Below are positions 12,566-27,264 of a stretch of DNA of 64,000 bases, in pieces; position 1 is the stretch's first letter, and every line of letters begins with the position of its first letter. The stretch is from Octopus sinensis. Taxonomy: Eukaryota. The position numbers were made by a program, and so were the translations under genes. The notes below the pieces were generated by a model. The model was given only the letters and a program-made list of their open reading frames with translations, had not been told where the DNA came from and made no database searches. The DNA is taken from assembly GCF_006345805.1 (NCBI RefSeq), contig NC_043007.1, positions 73,718,001 to 73,782,000 of the forward strand. Reading direction: 5' to 3'.

Positions 12566-15500
12566 ATATGTTCGTGTGTCTGCGTTTGTCCCCCCAACAT
12601 CGCTTGACAATCGATGCTGGTGTGTTTACGTCCCCGTAACTTAGCAGTTCGGCAAAAGAGACTGATAGAATAAGTACTAGGCTTACAAAGAATAAGTCCT
12701 GGGGTCGATTTGCTCGATTAAAGGCGGTGCTCCAGCATGGCCACAGTCACATGACTGAAACAAGTAAAAAGTAAAAAAAGTAAAAGTAAAGTTATATTTT
12801 TTATTTTGGTCACGCTATAATTTCCAAACCACATTTATTCAAAATATTTTTTACTGCTTTCCTTTATCAATTGAAAATGTTTTATTTTATTGTATTCTGC
12901 AGTTGAAATTAGTTGATCCATCACCTTCAAGGTTTGAACACCTGGTGACGCAAATGAAATGGCGGCTTCAAGAAGGAGAAGGAGAAGCTATATACGAGAT
13001 AGGTGTAGAAGACAGTGGAATTTTGGCTGGTTTACCAAAATTAGAACTTGAAGCTTCTCTGAATACTTTGAGGAAGATGGCCAAAAAGTAAGTTAGTTTT
13101 TTGTTTTTTTTTCAAGCTGTGCCATCTTCCAAACAGTTTACCGAATCAAACTATGTCAAAATCTCATAAACTTATTCTCTTTTAGTAACAAAATCTGTTG
13201 CTATATTTTCTCCTGCATCATTAATTTTAAATGTACACATTGTGTAACCAGCCCACCTATGCGTACCTTTCCTTTATTGGACACTAAATTCTGCTTGCGA
13301 AGACCTGTCGAGGCAAGTGAAATCAAAATTGAAATCAAATTCGATGACTGGCATCCATGCTAATGGAGTGCTAGTGGCCAGCAGAGCTGAGCACACCATT
13401 TGTCCTGAGATGTATGGTCCATTGCCCTCCCATCACTCTATCTTCTGTTGCTTTACCCTCATTTTTTCTTTCTTTTTCTCTAAGATGTATATACTCTCTA
13501 GACATAAAATAAATTCTGGTTAATGATGAATCTATTATTATCCATTTAAAACAGCAGTGTACTGTATTAATATTTTTCAAAGTAATTTTCCTGAAACTCT
13601 CCTTTAAATGGAATAATTTTTCTCTAAATTCTAAAACTATACAGCTGCTGATATTTTCTCTTATTGTATCAAAATATTGTAAAACTATTTCTTTAGAAAT
13701 TATGTCTTTTAATGTCTTTTGTTAGACTTGGTGCTACTATTACCATCTTGAGAGAACGAGCTGTTGATACAGATTCCAGAAAAGCTCTACAGATTCTTGT
13801 ACGAAAGGTTCCTGATGATCAACAGGTATGAGACAAAAATTTCTAACAAAGATGTGTTTTTTTAAAGTTCTATTTGTTAATGCTGTCATCATCATCGTTT
13901 AGCGTCTGCTTTCCATGCTAGCATGGGTTGGATGATTTTGACTGAGAGCTGGTGAACCAGATGGCTGCACCAGGCTCCAATCTTGATCTGGCAGAGTTTC
14001 TACAGCTGGATGCCCTTCCTAACGCCAACCACTCCGAGAGCGTATTGGGTGCTTTTTACGTGCCACTGGCACAGGGGCCAGTCAGGCGGTACTGGCAATG
14101 ACCTCGCTCAAATCTTTTTACATGTGCTACCGGCACAGGTGCCAGTGAAGTGACGTTGGTAACGATCACGCTCGAATGGTGCCATGGGTAAATTTGATAG
14201 CCATGAGCTAATCTAGATTAGTGGTTCTCAGTCGTAGTCCATATGGCCCCTGAGGCTACATATAAGATTTTTTGGGGTCCACAATAGTATTTTAAGGGCC
14301 CCTGAAAAAATTTTGCTTTAGATGTATGTATTGGTATGTATTGCAAAAAACAGTTAAGTTTCTTTCTCAAATGTTTTACATAGTTCAACCTACACAAGTT
14401 AATTCATGAATAACAAAAGGGGAACCTTGAAAGAAGTTTCTATGAAACTAGTTTTTAAACATTGAATGGCTAGGGGGGTCCATCCGAATAAAATAGTTAT
14501 CAAATGGGTCGATAGATAAAATAATGATTGAGAAAACCTGGTCTAGATCCACTATGATGTACAGTCTTTGTTGTGATGTGGTGGCTTGTGACCCTGAGAG
14601 CTATGCCAGCAGAGAGCAAGCACCTGGTAGGGCCTCCCATGCTGGATAGGTGAAAGAATAGAGGCCAGACTAATATGGATCAACTCTTCCCAGAGGTAAA
14701 AGTGGGTTTCCTTAGGGCCAACATCATCATTGTCATCATCATCATCATCATCATTGTCATCACCATCATCATCATTGTCATCATCACCATTATCATTATC
14801 ATCATTTAACGTCTGTTTTCATGCTGGCATGGGTTGGACAGTTTGATCAGAGCAGGTAACTAGAAAAAGCATATTTACAGAAGTGTCGATGATAATTCAA
14901 AACCAACACAAACCTGGGAGCGGAAAAGACAGCCCATACTTGAGAATAGTGGGGAAAAAAATGTTGTTGACGGCCTATGCTCCAAAGGGAGTGACTAGCT
15001 TAAGCAAAAGTAAGTTTGTCTCGTTGCTTTGTGCTATTTAGTTCAGTGTGTTTGTGTTCAATTATCAAAATACTACAGCTGATTTAAGGCAGCCAGCTGG
15101 CAGAGTTATTACCATGCTTAGCAGCATTTCTTTTGACTTTATGTTCTGAGTTCAAATACTGCCAGGGTCAACTTTGCCTTTCATCCTTTCAGGGTCAATA
15201 AAATAGGTACCAGCTGAACACTGGAGTTGATGAATTTGACTTACACCCTCCTCGAAATTGCTGGCCTTGTGCCAAAATTTGAAACCCATATGTTGATTCA
15301 TTTGATTATGTTATCTTCACTTATAAAATTGTGTTTGTGTTGAATTAGATTAGTGTTGTTATTTATGATGCTTAGTCATCATCAATCTGGCTTCTGATAA
15401 AAAGTATTGCTGCAGTGATTCAGTGACTACCACAACTTTTTGGATATCAAGAACTATATCGTTCTTCCATTTTTAATATGTTTGTGTATAATAGGAAGCA

Positions 15501-16860
15501 GATTTAGCTGCTATTTCCAGTATATTGAGAGACTCAGTAGAAGTTGTCTCATTATTTTTATAATAGATTATAACACCATTATCATCATTACCATTTAACA
15601 ATTGTCTTCCAAGTTGGATAGGAACTGGTGAACCAAAGGCTGTACCTGGCTCCATTTTCTGTTTTGACATGATTTCTACAGCTCGATGCCCTTCCTAATG
15701 CCAACCACTTTACAGTACATTGAGCACTTTTTATGTGGCACCAACATTAGTGAGGTCATCAAGTAACATTCAAGACAAAACCTAGCCTCAACTGAAAGTG
15801 GGGAATAGTAGTATTGAAGGAAATGACTTTGTGCCAGGTGATGAGAGTCTATGTGATTGGGAAGCAAGCTTTTTACCACACAGCCATGCCTGTGCCTTTA
15901 ATGTTAAGAATATTAATATATTTTTTATTGTGCAGTTCATTGACTTACGCCTCGCAGTTCTTGGTAATGTTGATGCTGGCAAAAGTACATTACTTGGAGT
16001 CCTAACTCAAGGAGAACTCGACAATGGTCAAGGACGTGCTCGATTAAATTTATTCAGGCATTTACATGAAATTCAATCTGGTCGCACCTCAAGCATCAGT
16101 CATGATATCCTGGGATTCAATAATATGGGCCAGGTAATTATAATTACTTTTTTTAATTAATCAAATTATCCAAATATTGTTTGTATCAACTTAAATAGCC
16201 TCTAATAAATTATTATTATGAGTAGTTATTATTACTTTTAATTGATCAAATTATTCAAATAAATATTGATTTGTGTCAGCTTAAACAGCCTCTCATAAAA
16301 CTCCTGTAATCTTTTATCTGTTTTTGTCAGTCAATGGCTCTTGTATTTCTTAGATCTTGGAAAAAGGCATGATGCCATTCCATGGGCTGAACCTTCATTT
16401 CTGGATCATAAATATACAGCTATATTTCATCTCCTGTTACAAAATTGAACCCCCCCCCCGAAAAACAGGTCTTCATTTCCTTCAAAAGTTTTCAGATCAG
16501 AGGAATTTCCACCTTTCTTTTCTTTAACCCTTTAGCATTTAAATCAGCCATATCTGTTCCAATTATTCTGCCTGATTTAAGTTCAGCTTGACTAGATCTG
16601 GCTTCATCCACCTACCCTACTATGTCTTTCTAAAAATAAATTATCACGCTGTCAGAATATTGAAGATATGCAATAGCACTTGATTAAATTCAAAACTTTG
16701 TAATTCCTATTAGCAAATGAAACATTTGTAATGGTGAATAAATAATACCAGAAAATTTCAAATTTTCTGTTTTATCTATATATATATAGGTCAACATTTT
16801 TTGTAAGTGCCAATGCACGAAACTCTCAGGCCTTGAATTATTCTGTTACTTCTACTAGTA

Positions 16861-16930
<70 letters not shown>

Positions 16931-17711
16931 TTTATATATATATAAAATTTCCTGATCTTTACCTTTTGACCGACAGATTTAAAAAATAATTTTTTGTAAC
17001 TAAACACTTTCAAACTTCGGACACTGGTAGAATGTGTCATATAAAACATCTTTTACTCTTAGCATTTTTGAAAAAAACTTATATTTCTTTTCTCATGTTC
17101 AGTGTTAATCTGCTTTTACATATGATACATTTTTGGCTTTTAGTCAAAAATAATTCATGTAATGAAGAAATGAAGGAAGCTGGTGCATGTCTTTTGCAGG
17201 TTGTTAATTACAAAGAAGCCAGAACAGTTGAAGAAATCTGTGAAAACTCAACAAAACTAATTACTCTGATTGATCTTGCTGGACACCAAAAATATTTGAA
17301 GACAACTATTTTTGGTTTAACTGGTTATTGTCCTGACTGTGCAATGCTTGTGGTCAGTGCAAATACTGGAATGGGTAAGTTAGTTTTTTTGTTTACATTT
17401 TTTCTTAACTGGACTGTGACATTGTGTGCAGGGGGCTGATGATTTGGCACAACTGGCAGGACATTAAATTTGGGGACTGTATTTTTGGCCCCCTGGCAGC
17501 AAACATGTACCCCCCACACACAACATATGCATATAAGTATACACGTTACAGCCAGGGTGAGTGTGTGGGAGAGAAATAGAGAGAGACACACACACATTAT
17601 ACATACATATAAACATAACGATATGCTCACACATAGAAAGAGAAAGAGAGAGAGATAATGAGAAAAGAAGAGATGTAATGAGAGAGATAGTGAGAAAGAA
17701 TGAGAGAAAAT

Positions 17712-17753
<42 letters not shown>

Positions 17754-20700
17754 TGTTAAAATGTTTGATGTGAAATAAATCAGCATTGAATTAGCAATGC
17801 CCTAATCAGTGGTGCTAAAATGGCAGTACCAATATATTTTGTACTCTTTCTGAATTACTTTGTGTTTTTTTTTTTTTTTTTCATGTGTCCAGTCAATTTT
17901 TATCCTTAGAAATTTATTCTTCAAGGTCTATGTAATAAAGTAAATTCCAATGAAGTAGTTTGTCTCATCTCACAGATCTAATACTAACCTCTGTTGATAT
18001 CTTGCTGCATTCAGTGAAAAAGTCTTCCCTCTCAGTTTCAGGTTTTGTTGACAGTTCTGACAGCTCAGTGTCACATTCCATAAATGGATCTCATTCTTAG
18101 CATATTTCAACTTCCTGGCCAGCTGGAATTCAGCAATCATGTGCATCCTAATGGTTGGGTATTCAGTCATCCATGGTGTTCAGTTTAACCCTTTAGCATT
18201 CAAATTACTCTGTCAAATATAAATGCCTATTTATTCACATTCCCCTGAATTAATCATGCATTATCTCATAGCTTTGAAATTTTGAGGATGTGGCTGCGTC
18301 TGGTTTTAGACTGACATTGTAGGGTTGGTATGAGAGGCTAGATTGGCCAGTTTTAACTTAAAACAGAATATTTGGGCCTGTTATGGTTGGTTTAAATGTT
18401 AAAGGGTTAACTTACTAGTCTCAAGCTTTGTGGCACAAACATTTGATTTCTTAACTAAGTCAACAGCTTCTCAAGAAACACATCTTCATCACAAAACTGT
18501 TTCATCAAAAGGCAATTGAAATACTGGACAATATAAAGATTTATTTTTTAAAGTATTGATTCTCCAGCAGGAATTGTATTTGAGGCCACATGAGACTAAA
18601 ACCAGCATTCCTTCAGCTGCAAGAAAAATTCATAGAATATCATAATTAAAAATAGTAAACCATCCACCCTAACAATACCATAGAACATATTCTTGGGATT
18701 GTTTTGTAGGCTTCATGTTAGGATCTATTGATATAAATATTGTACAAGAATGGATGGAGTATAGTGATGATGGTGATGATAATGCTGATGATTATGGTGT
18801 CAGTCACGATAGTAATAATAATGATGATGGTGATGATGATGATGACGGTGAAGATGGTGATATGATGATATTGATGTGTTTTGCTATATTTTCTTATAAT
18901 TTCAGCTGGTACAACCAAAGAACATTTGGGTTTTGCCCGTGCCCTTGACGTACCAGTTTTTGTAGTGGTCAGTAAGATTGATATGTGTCCTGAATCTCTT
19001 ATTGAAAAAACCATTCAACAACTGGAAAAAATCCTCAAATCTCCCAGCTGCAACAAAGTACCATTCCGAGTGAGCAGTGAAGATGATGCCATTACTGCTG
19101 CAACTAATTTTGATTCTCAAAGGTAGGTACCATGACGCATACTGGTTTCAAATTTTGGCACAAGGCTAGCAATTTCGAGGGAGGGAGTTAAGTTAAATAC
19201 ATCGACCCCAATATTCAACTGGTACTTATTTTATTGACTCTGAAAGGATGAAAGGCAAAGTCGATCTTGGCAGAATTTGAACCCAGAATGTAAAGTCTGA
19301 TGAAATTCTGCTAAGCATTTTACTTAGCATGCTAACAATTCTGCCAGCTTGCCCCCTTAGGTACCATAACACATATTAATAAACCCACAGTACTGCTTTA
19401 ATCCTTTAGCATTCAGATTACTCTATCAAATGTAAAGCTTATTTGTTCACATATTTTGAATTAAGCATGCATTACTTTATAGCTTCGAAATTTCAATGAT
19501 ATTATTGTTTATTTTCAGAATGACATTGTAGGGTAAGTGTGAGAGCTCAGATCTGGTTAGTTTGAGCATAAAATAGGTAGAATATTTCGACTGGGCGTGG
19601 CTGGTTTAAATACTAAAGGGTTAATGATATCTCTCACACCTCACTCCTCTCTCAAGTACTTCTACTTTGACTAACCTGTGTGATATTCAGTAAAAATAAT
19701 GTGTTTGTGTGAATCAGGATGCATTAACAATGAAAGGTCAATGATGTGAAAAGAAATGAGGCAAGACTGGTATGTTCTACCTGTATAAAGGACATAGCGC
19801 GACAAATGAGGCTCAAAGTGGAACTGAGTATTTTAAGACATTAAAAACAAAACAAAAAAAATCTGGCACTCCATCAGTTACAATGATGAGTGTTCCAGTT
19901 TATCTGATCAACAGAACAGCTTACTCATGAAATTAATGTGCAAATGGCTGAGCAGTCATCAGGCATGTCTAACCTTAATATAGTTCTCAGGGAGATTCAG
20001 TGTGACATAGAATGCGACAAGACTGGTCCTTTGAAATACAGTTGCTACTCATTTTTGCCAGCTGAGTGGACTGAAGCTATGTGAAGTAAAGTGTCTTGCT
20101 CCAGGACATGACATGCTGCCAGGAATTCACAACCGTATGATTGAGAGCCAAATACCCAGTGACTAAGCCATGTACCTTCAATTAAAAGACATTAGCCAAA
20201 TAGTGGAGGAGTGATTTCTGCATTAGTCATATACCGGTCATTCTTACCCTTTTATAACTCAACACTTCCTTTCATCAAATGGCACTTTTCAAGCTCTTCA
20301 TTGGAACATTTTTTTAAATACAGAACTAAAAAAAAAACATTATTTTAACCAAACAGAAGATAATTTAGTGTAGTGGTTTATTATCCATGTTTAATTTGGA
20401 AGCACTAAAACAAAATATTTATATCTTTTGCTGTAATTTTGATAAATATATTCATTTAACAATTTTCATTTGCTAATTTAATCATTGCTATTTTAATCAT
20501 TGCTGTTTTAATAATTTGCTAATTTAGATATAAAAGAAGCATTTATGAACATTAGAGCTTCATGCATCATCAGTTTGGTTTCTGCTCTCTGATAATACAA
20601 TGTCATACCATTGTCTTAGCAAATATCTTGTGCCTTTTTGTACTAACAACAACTATTACCAATAAATGCTAAGTTTATCAATGAACTTCTTTGGTATAAA

Positions 20701-23700
20701 AACTTAAAATATCTGAGGAGATAATCTTGCTTTCTTCAGAACCTGATCGCTTGTATTATATTTTTGAGGTCAAACAAATTCTTATTTCATCACTACTATA
20801 TAACTCATTTCCTTCTAATGATTTTTGCCTTAACTTTTTCCGCTGGAAAAAGAAGAATTAAAAAATTTGGTTCGGCAAATGTTGGTCAAATAATTCACCA
20901 TTTCTTGATTATTTTTTATTTCCAGCATAATACCGATATTTTCAGTTTCCAGTGTCACTGGCAAACACTTAGATCTACTCACCACATTTTTGAATGTTGT
21001 TCCACCACTACGAAATTTGAAAGAAAGAGAGAAGTGTGTTCAAGATATAACCGAATTTCAGGTAAATATTACTGCACATAAAGATTCATGAATGTTATTA
21101 TTAAATAATTAGCATTTATTTTATTTATATATATATATATATATGTATATATATCTAAATATCTTTTATTTATATATATACCTATCTGTCAGTCTGCCTG
21201 TCTCTCTGTCTTCCTACCAACCTACCCACCTGCCTGCTTGCCTGCCTGTCTGTTTGTCTGTCAGTCTTTCTGTCCATCTTGTGTTTGCTTATATATATCT
21301 ATCAGACGAAAGTGCTAATAAAGGATTATCCAAAATTCTGACTGCCTCCTTCTTCTTAATATATATACATATATGTATGTCTAAGGTGAGCTGGCAGGAT
21401 CATTAGCATGCCGAACAAAGTGCTAGGCAGCATTCTGTTCATCTTTACATTCAGTGGGGTCAATGTAATAGATTAATTACCCCCCCCCAAATTTCAGGCC
21501 TTGTGCCTATAGTAGAAAGAATTATAAATAAAGCAGAATTGTTTGCACAATGGACAAAAAGCTTAGAGCCATTTCTTCTGGCTTTTTACATTCTGAGTTC
21601 AGATCCTGCTGAGGTCAACTTTACCTTTCAACCTATTGGGCTGAAATGCATAAAAGATAAAAGAAAAGTTGCAAGCGGGGTTAAACTGCTGCCATGCCTG
21701 GCAAACAAGTGTCCAATACAGATCTGATTGTCTCGGAGCTAGGGTAGCAGGAGTTATCTCCCATTTGCAATTATTATCGTTTGCGAGAAGTGCACTTATA
21801 TATATATATTAGTAGTATTATAACCTGATTTCATTCGAGAGTATAGTGGGTGCTGTTACGTGTCACTGGCACGAGGGCCAGTCAGATGGTACTGGCAACG
21901 GTCACGTTCAAATGGTGTTTTTATGTACCACCTGCACAGGAGCCAGTCCAGTGGCACTGGCAACGGCCTCACTTGAATGTTTTTTCACATGCCACCGGCA
22001 CAAGTGCCAGTAAGGCAATGCTGGTAATGATCATGCTTGAATGGTGCTTTGTACGTGCAACCAGCACGGAAGCCAGTCAGCTGCTCTGGCAATGATGGTG
22101 CTCTTAGCACTCCACTAGCATAGATGCCAGTCATCAAATTTGATTTTGATTTCGATTGCCTCAACAGGTCTTTGCAAGCAGAGTTTAGTGTCCAATGAAG
22201 GAACGTTACACATAAGTGGACTGGTTACATCCCTGGCATAGGCCACAGGGTTATGGTCTCACTTGGCTTTCCAGGTCTTCTCCTGCACAGCATATTTCCA
22301 AAGGTCTCGGTTACTAGTGTGTATGTATATATATATATATATATAGGGGTTGGATAAAATAATGGAAATGCCTTAAAATTGGGCCCGTCGGACTCTTACA
22401 CGAATTGTTAGACAGGATCACAAAAGTACAGCTCCCAAAATTACTGCAGAGCTTAATGACCACCTTGAGAACCCAGTTTCCACAAAAACTTTTCGCCAGG
22501 AGCTGCACAAAGCCAGATTTCATGGGAGAGCTGCAATCAGAAAACCACTTCTTTGTTATTTTCTCGGATGAGTCATCCTTTACCTCATTTCCGACCACTG
22601 ACCAAATATACATGTGAAGTCAGCCAAAAGAAGCATTTGACCCAGACTGCCTTTTTCCAACAAGGAGGAGGATCTGTGATGATCTGAGGGGCTGTATCTT
22701 GGAAATCTGCCAGTCCAGTGGTATCCCTTCATGGAAGAATTAATAGTCAAGACTAATTAAGCATTTTATCTGATCAAATTCATCCTGTGGTTGCAGAACT
22801 GTTTCTGGAGGGAAATGCAATCTTTCAGGATGATAATGCACCAATTCACACAGCTAAAGTAGTTACTGAATGGCCCGAGGAACATTCTAGTGAAGTTGAA
22901 CATCTTATCTGGCCACCACAGTCCCCAGATCTCAATACTATTGAACATTTATGGTGCATTTTAGAAAATCAAGTAAGGAGTTGTATTCCTCCACTATCAT
23001 CACTACAAGAACTGGAGACTGTTTTAGCTGAAGAATGGACAAAAATTCCTTTAGAAACAATTCAAACTTTGTACAAGTCCATACCTCGTTGAATTCAAGC
23101 TGTAATTACTGCCAAAGATGATCCTACCCCATATTAAAATAAATTTGTTTGAAATTTTAAGGTGTTTCCATTATTTTGTTCAACCCCTATATATATATAT
23201 ATATATATATACACATACACACTAGTGACCGAGACCTTTGGAAATATGCTGTGCATGAGAAGATCCGGGAAGCCAAAATTTCAGGATTGCAGGTCCGGGT
23301 TCAGGCTGGAATGTTTTTAATTTATTCACAGAATTAATCTTTATATTATAAAAATTGTTATTGTACAAAAGGATTTGTCACAAAAAGTCATATAAAAAAA
23401 AATTACCAAAAACAAATACAGTAATGAAAACTTGGGAATCCAAAATTTCTGGATTGTGGGTCCAGATTTGGTCCGGAATGTTTTTAATTTACTATTACTT
23501 CCACTGCCACCATCAACATCAACTCTCCCTAAATTTCTGTCTCTCTTTCTCTCTTTTTCTTTCTTTCTCTCTGTCTGTCTTCGCCACCTCCCTCACTGTC
23601 TCTATGCCTACTATTACTCTCACCCTATCATGTGGAATAGTAGGAGTGTCACTGAATAGTGAGAGAGGGGGTCTAAGTGTGGCACACTGACACACAGAAA

Positions 23701-24192
23701 TTAGTTTTTGCATTTATTATTATATATATATATAACAAAATGGAGTTGTAAGGTACCACATGAGTGGAATTATATATGAAAGAAGGTTTGAAAATGCAAT
23801 TTTAAAAGATGTTTATTTACTTTACCAGTTTCACTTTTTAGAAAAAGATTGTCAAAAGTAACATGTAAAAGTTTGATTGTGTTGATTATTGGTTGTCACA
23901 AAATGCTACAATACATATATACATTCTTTGGTAACAAGAACATGTTAAGAACATAAAAAAATTTAACAAGTTCATTAAAATATTGGGCACAAAAGATTAC
24001 AACATCTATATACATTCTCAAGAAAATGTTAAAGATAGTTTCCAGAAGGAGTTATTAAAAAGTTCAGTGGAATATTGGTATTGTATCTGTATATACATAC
24101 ATGCACAGAATATTATGATTTCAAAAAAGTTTACATTATAGTAGTAGGGAAGCTCAAACTGACCTGGTCCACCATGTTATCGTAAAAGAGTC

Positions 24193-24245
<53 letters not shown>

Positions 24246-27232
24246 GTGTATCTATATGTATATATTATATATATAAATTTCATATACAATACTATCCATT
24301 GTAAACTAAGGATAGGTTTTATTAAATAGGTGACTATATTTTTAAAGTTGAGTGTACTAAAAATATAGCATCCAGATAAGAAAAGGAGTGGACAAATTGC
24401 AATAAGCAAAGAGTTCCTTCCTCAAAGTAAAGAGTAGTTTGTATGATTTTTGTGTATAAAGTATAATACTGCATGGTGGTGAGATGTGGGCTTGAATGTT
24501 GAAGAGTAAGGACAGCTAAAAAGAAATGAAGCAAGCATACTTTGTTGGATGTGTAATAGTGTGAATGAATGGCAAAGCAAAAGCGATCTGAGAGAAAAGC
24601 TGGATATAAAAGTCAGATGGAATGGAGGTTGTTTAATGAAGTACCAAGTGGATGGGATCTGTAGAAGTATTTTAGGAGACCTTGGAAAACATGGGAAAAT
24701 GTGGTAAAGAGCAATCTGAAGGAGGTGAGTCCCATGAAATATTTCTAATGAGGATTTGATGCTCATTGGTATCAGCATAGCAAAATGATCATTAAAATTG
24801 TGATGATGTGATGGAGGTTAGGCTGTACAAAATATCTACAATTTGGTGTCAATAGAACATTGCAACACCTAATGAGAAAATAATCATTACGAAAACAAAA
24901 TACACAACAGAATGAACAAAAAGATAGTTTGAACATTTAAATGAACAATTAATAAATGAAGATATTCCAAATTGTCAAACAGGTAGTTTTTAAGAGAGCA
25001 ATAGTAGCAACAGCAATAGTGGTGACATTTGCACTTAAATCATTTGTATCATAGCTCTGTTAAAGCTGATCTTGTCTCAATTTCAACACAAATATAAAAA
25101 ATTGTATGGGTTGTAGAATTTTGTAAGACCAAGCAGTGTTTCTTTGCTACAGGAACTGACCTAAGAGAAAGACTGAGTGAGAGAGAGAGCAGAGAGGATA
25201 ATTAGTTACCTTAATATTTTGACATGGATGTATTTTGTAAATAAAATTTTGATGATTCTATATAGAAAAAGAAGGTAATTTTGTTTTTAAATATTGATGC
25301 AACCAAAATATAACTGTCATTCTATCATTATTTTACTTTCTTTAATTAAACAGGTTGATGAACTCTTCACTGTCCCAGGTGTTGGAACTGTTGTGGGTGG
25401 CAATTTAAAACGGTTCGTATGGCACTATTAATATTTTCCTGTGTTGTATTAATGCATTGATTTTTTTTACACTTGTTTAAAATGTTTTATGGTAATACTC
25501 CTGATATATATTTAAAATGGTGAGCTGGCAGAATTGTTAGCATGCTGGGGAGGATGCTTAGTGACATTTTGGCTGTCTTTAAGTTCCGAGTTCAAATTCT
25601 GCTGAGATCAGCTTTGCCTTTCATCCTTTTAGGGTTGATAAAATAAGTGCCAATTGAGCACTGGGGTCAATGTAATCGACTTGCCCCTGCCCTGAAATTG
25701 CTGGCCTTGTGTTAAAATTTGAAATCAATATTTCTGATATATATATATAGATATATATATATATATGCACACACACATGCATTTTTAATAATAGTTTGGT
25801 TCAGCTCCACATAACTTCAAGTTTTGTGGGCACATAGGGTATGTCTGCCTCAGCAGATACTTGGAGCAGAATGGGGACAGGTGAGTTACACTGCTATTAA
25901 ATATATGTAACTTCTACCAGATGTGCTGAGTGCTATTTTCTTTCATTTGTATACTCATTCATCATCACAATCATCATTTAATGTTCATGTTCCATGCTGG
26001 CATGGGTTGGATGGTTTGACAGGATCTGATGTGCTCAAGGACTTCATCATGCTCCAATGTCAGCTTTGGTGTGGTTTCTATAGCTGGTTGCCCTTCGTTA
26101 TGCCAACCTCTTTAGAGCATGGCCTGGGTGCATTTTTTGTGCCACCTGCATTATTGAGGTTGTCATGCAGCTCGCAGGACTACAAATCCTGAGGTGGTGG
26201 TGGTGGGGTCAACTTCATGATAGGGGACATGGGGATTAAGATGTGAAAGGAGGTGGGGACTAGAGCAGGTTCTTGTAGAGGGATCTGCCTAGTTACTCAC
26301 TTCTAGTAGGGGAAAGAGGAAGAGGGAAAGAGAAAATGATCAGTAGGAGCTGCAAGAGATAGATAATGGCGATGAGGTGTCCAGGTGTCCCCCCCCCAAG
26401 GTACAAGTGGCTGGGTAGTTTGCAAGATTGCATAGGTAGGAGAATGAGAGGATAAAGGCTGACTGCCAAAATGGGTAGAGCTGGAGGGTGGATAAACAGA
26501 AACACTGAGCTAGGGAAGATAGAAGGATAGGGGTGAGTGGCAGGAGTAGTAGGATGATACAGTTGTTGGGATGAGGATGAACAAGAAGGGGAGATAACAA
26601 GGTTGGGGTGTCTGTGGAGCCTTGTGGGGGAGGTGCAGGTATAATGTTTGATAGGGGAGGGAAAGTGATTGTAACATGGGTAGAGAACACGAGACATAGC
26701 ACTTCCACAACTCAGTTTTGGTGAGGAAGATGAGTTTTTTTTGAGTACATCATATTGCCAGAGATCCCAGTTCTTAGTCATCTCTTTTGTCAGGCTCAGA
26801 GTTCTTAGGTCAGCCTTCACCACTTCATCCCATGTCTTCCTGGCTTTCCCTCATCTATACCAGTGCAGTCTTCTTTCTTGTACACAGCACCTGATTCTGC
26901 CTATTTCCAGGTTTTCACTCAGCACCTTTGTGCTAATTCTTTCACACACACTTACATTGCATGTCCAATGAAGCGTCCTCTCTTCACTTCTTTCCAATCT
27001 TCTCAAGTGATACAGTCAAGGCCCATGTATCACTACCATGAAGCATCACAGTTCTAATACAAGTGTCTTACAGTCTGCCCCTCACTCTGAGGGAATAGAT
27101 CTTTGTTACCAGCAGCAGATGTTAAATAAGATATTTTATTAAATAGTTAATTAAAAAAAACTTTTTTAATTATTGTGACTGTATCAAGTAATTTTTACAA
27201 AAGCTTTTAAATGTGTGTGTGAGCGAGTGAGT

Positions 27233-27264
<32 letters not shown>

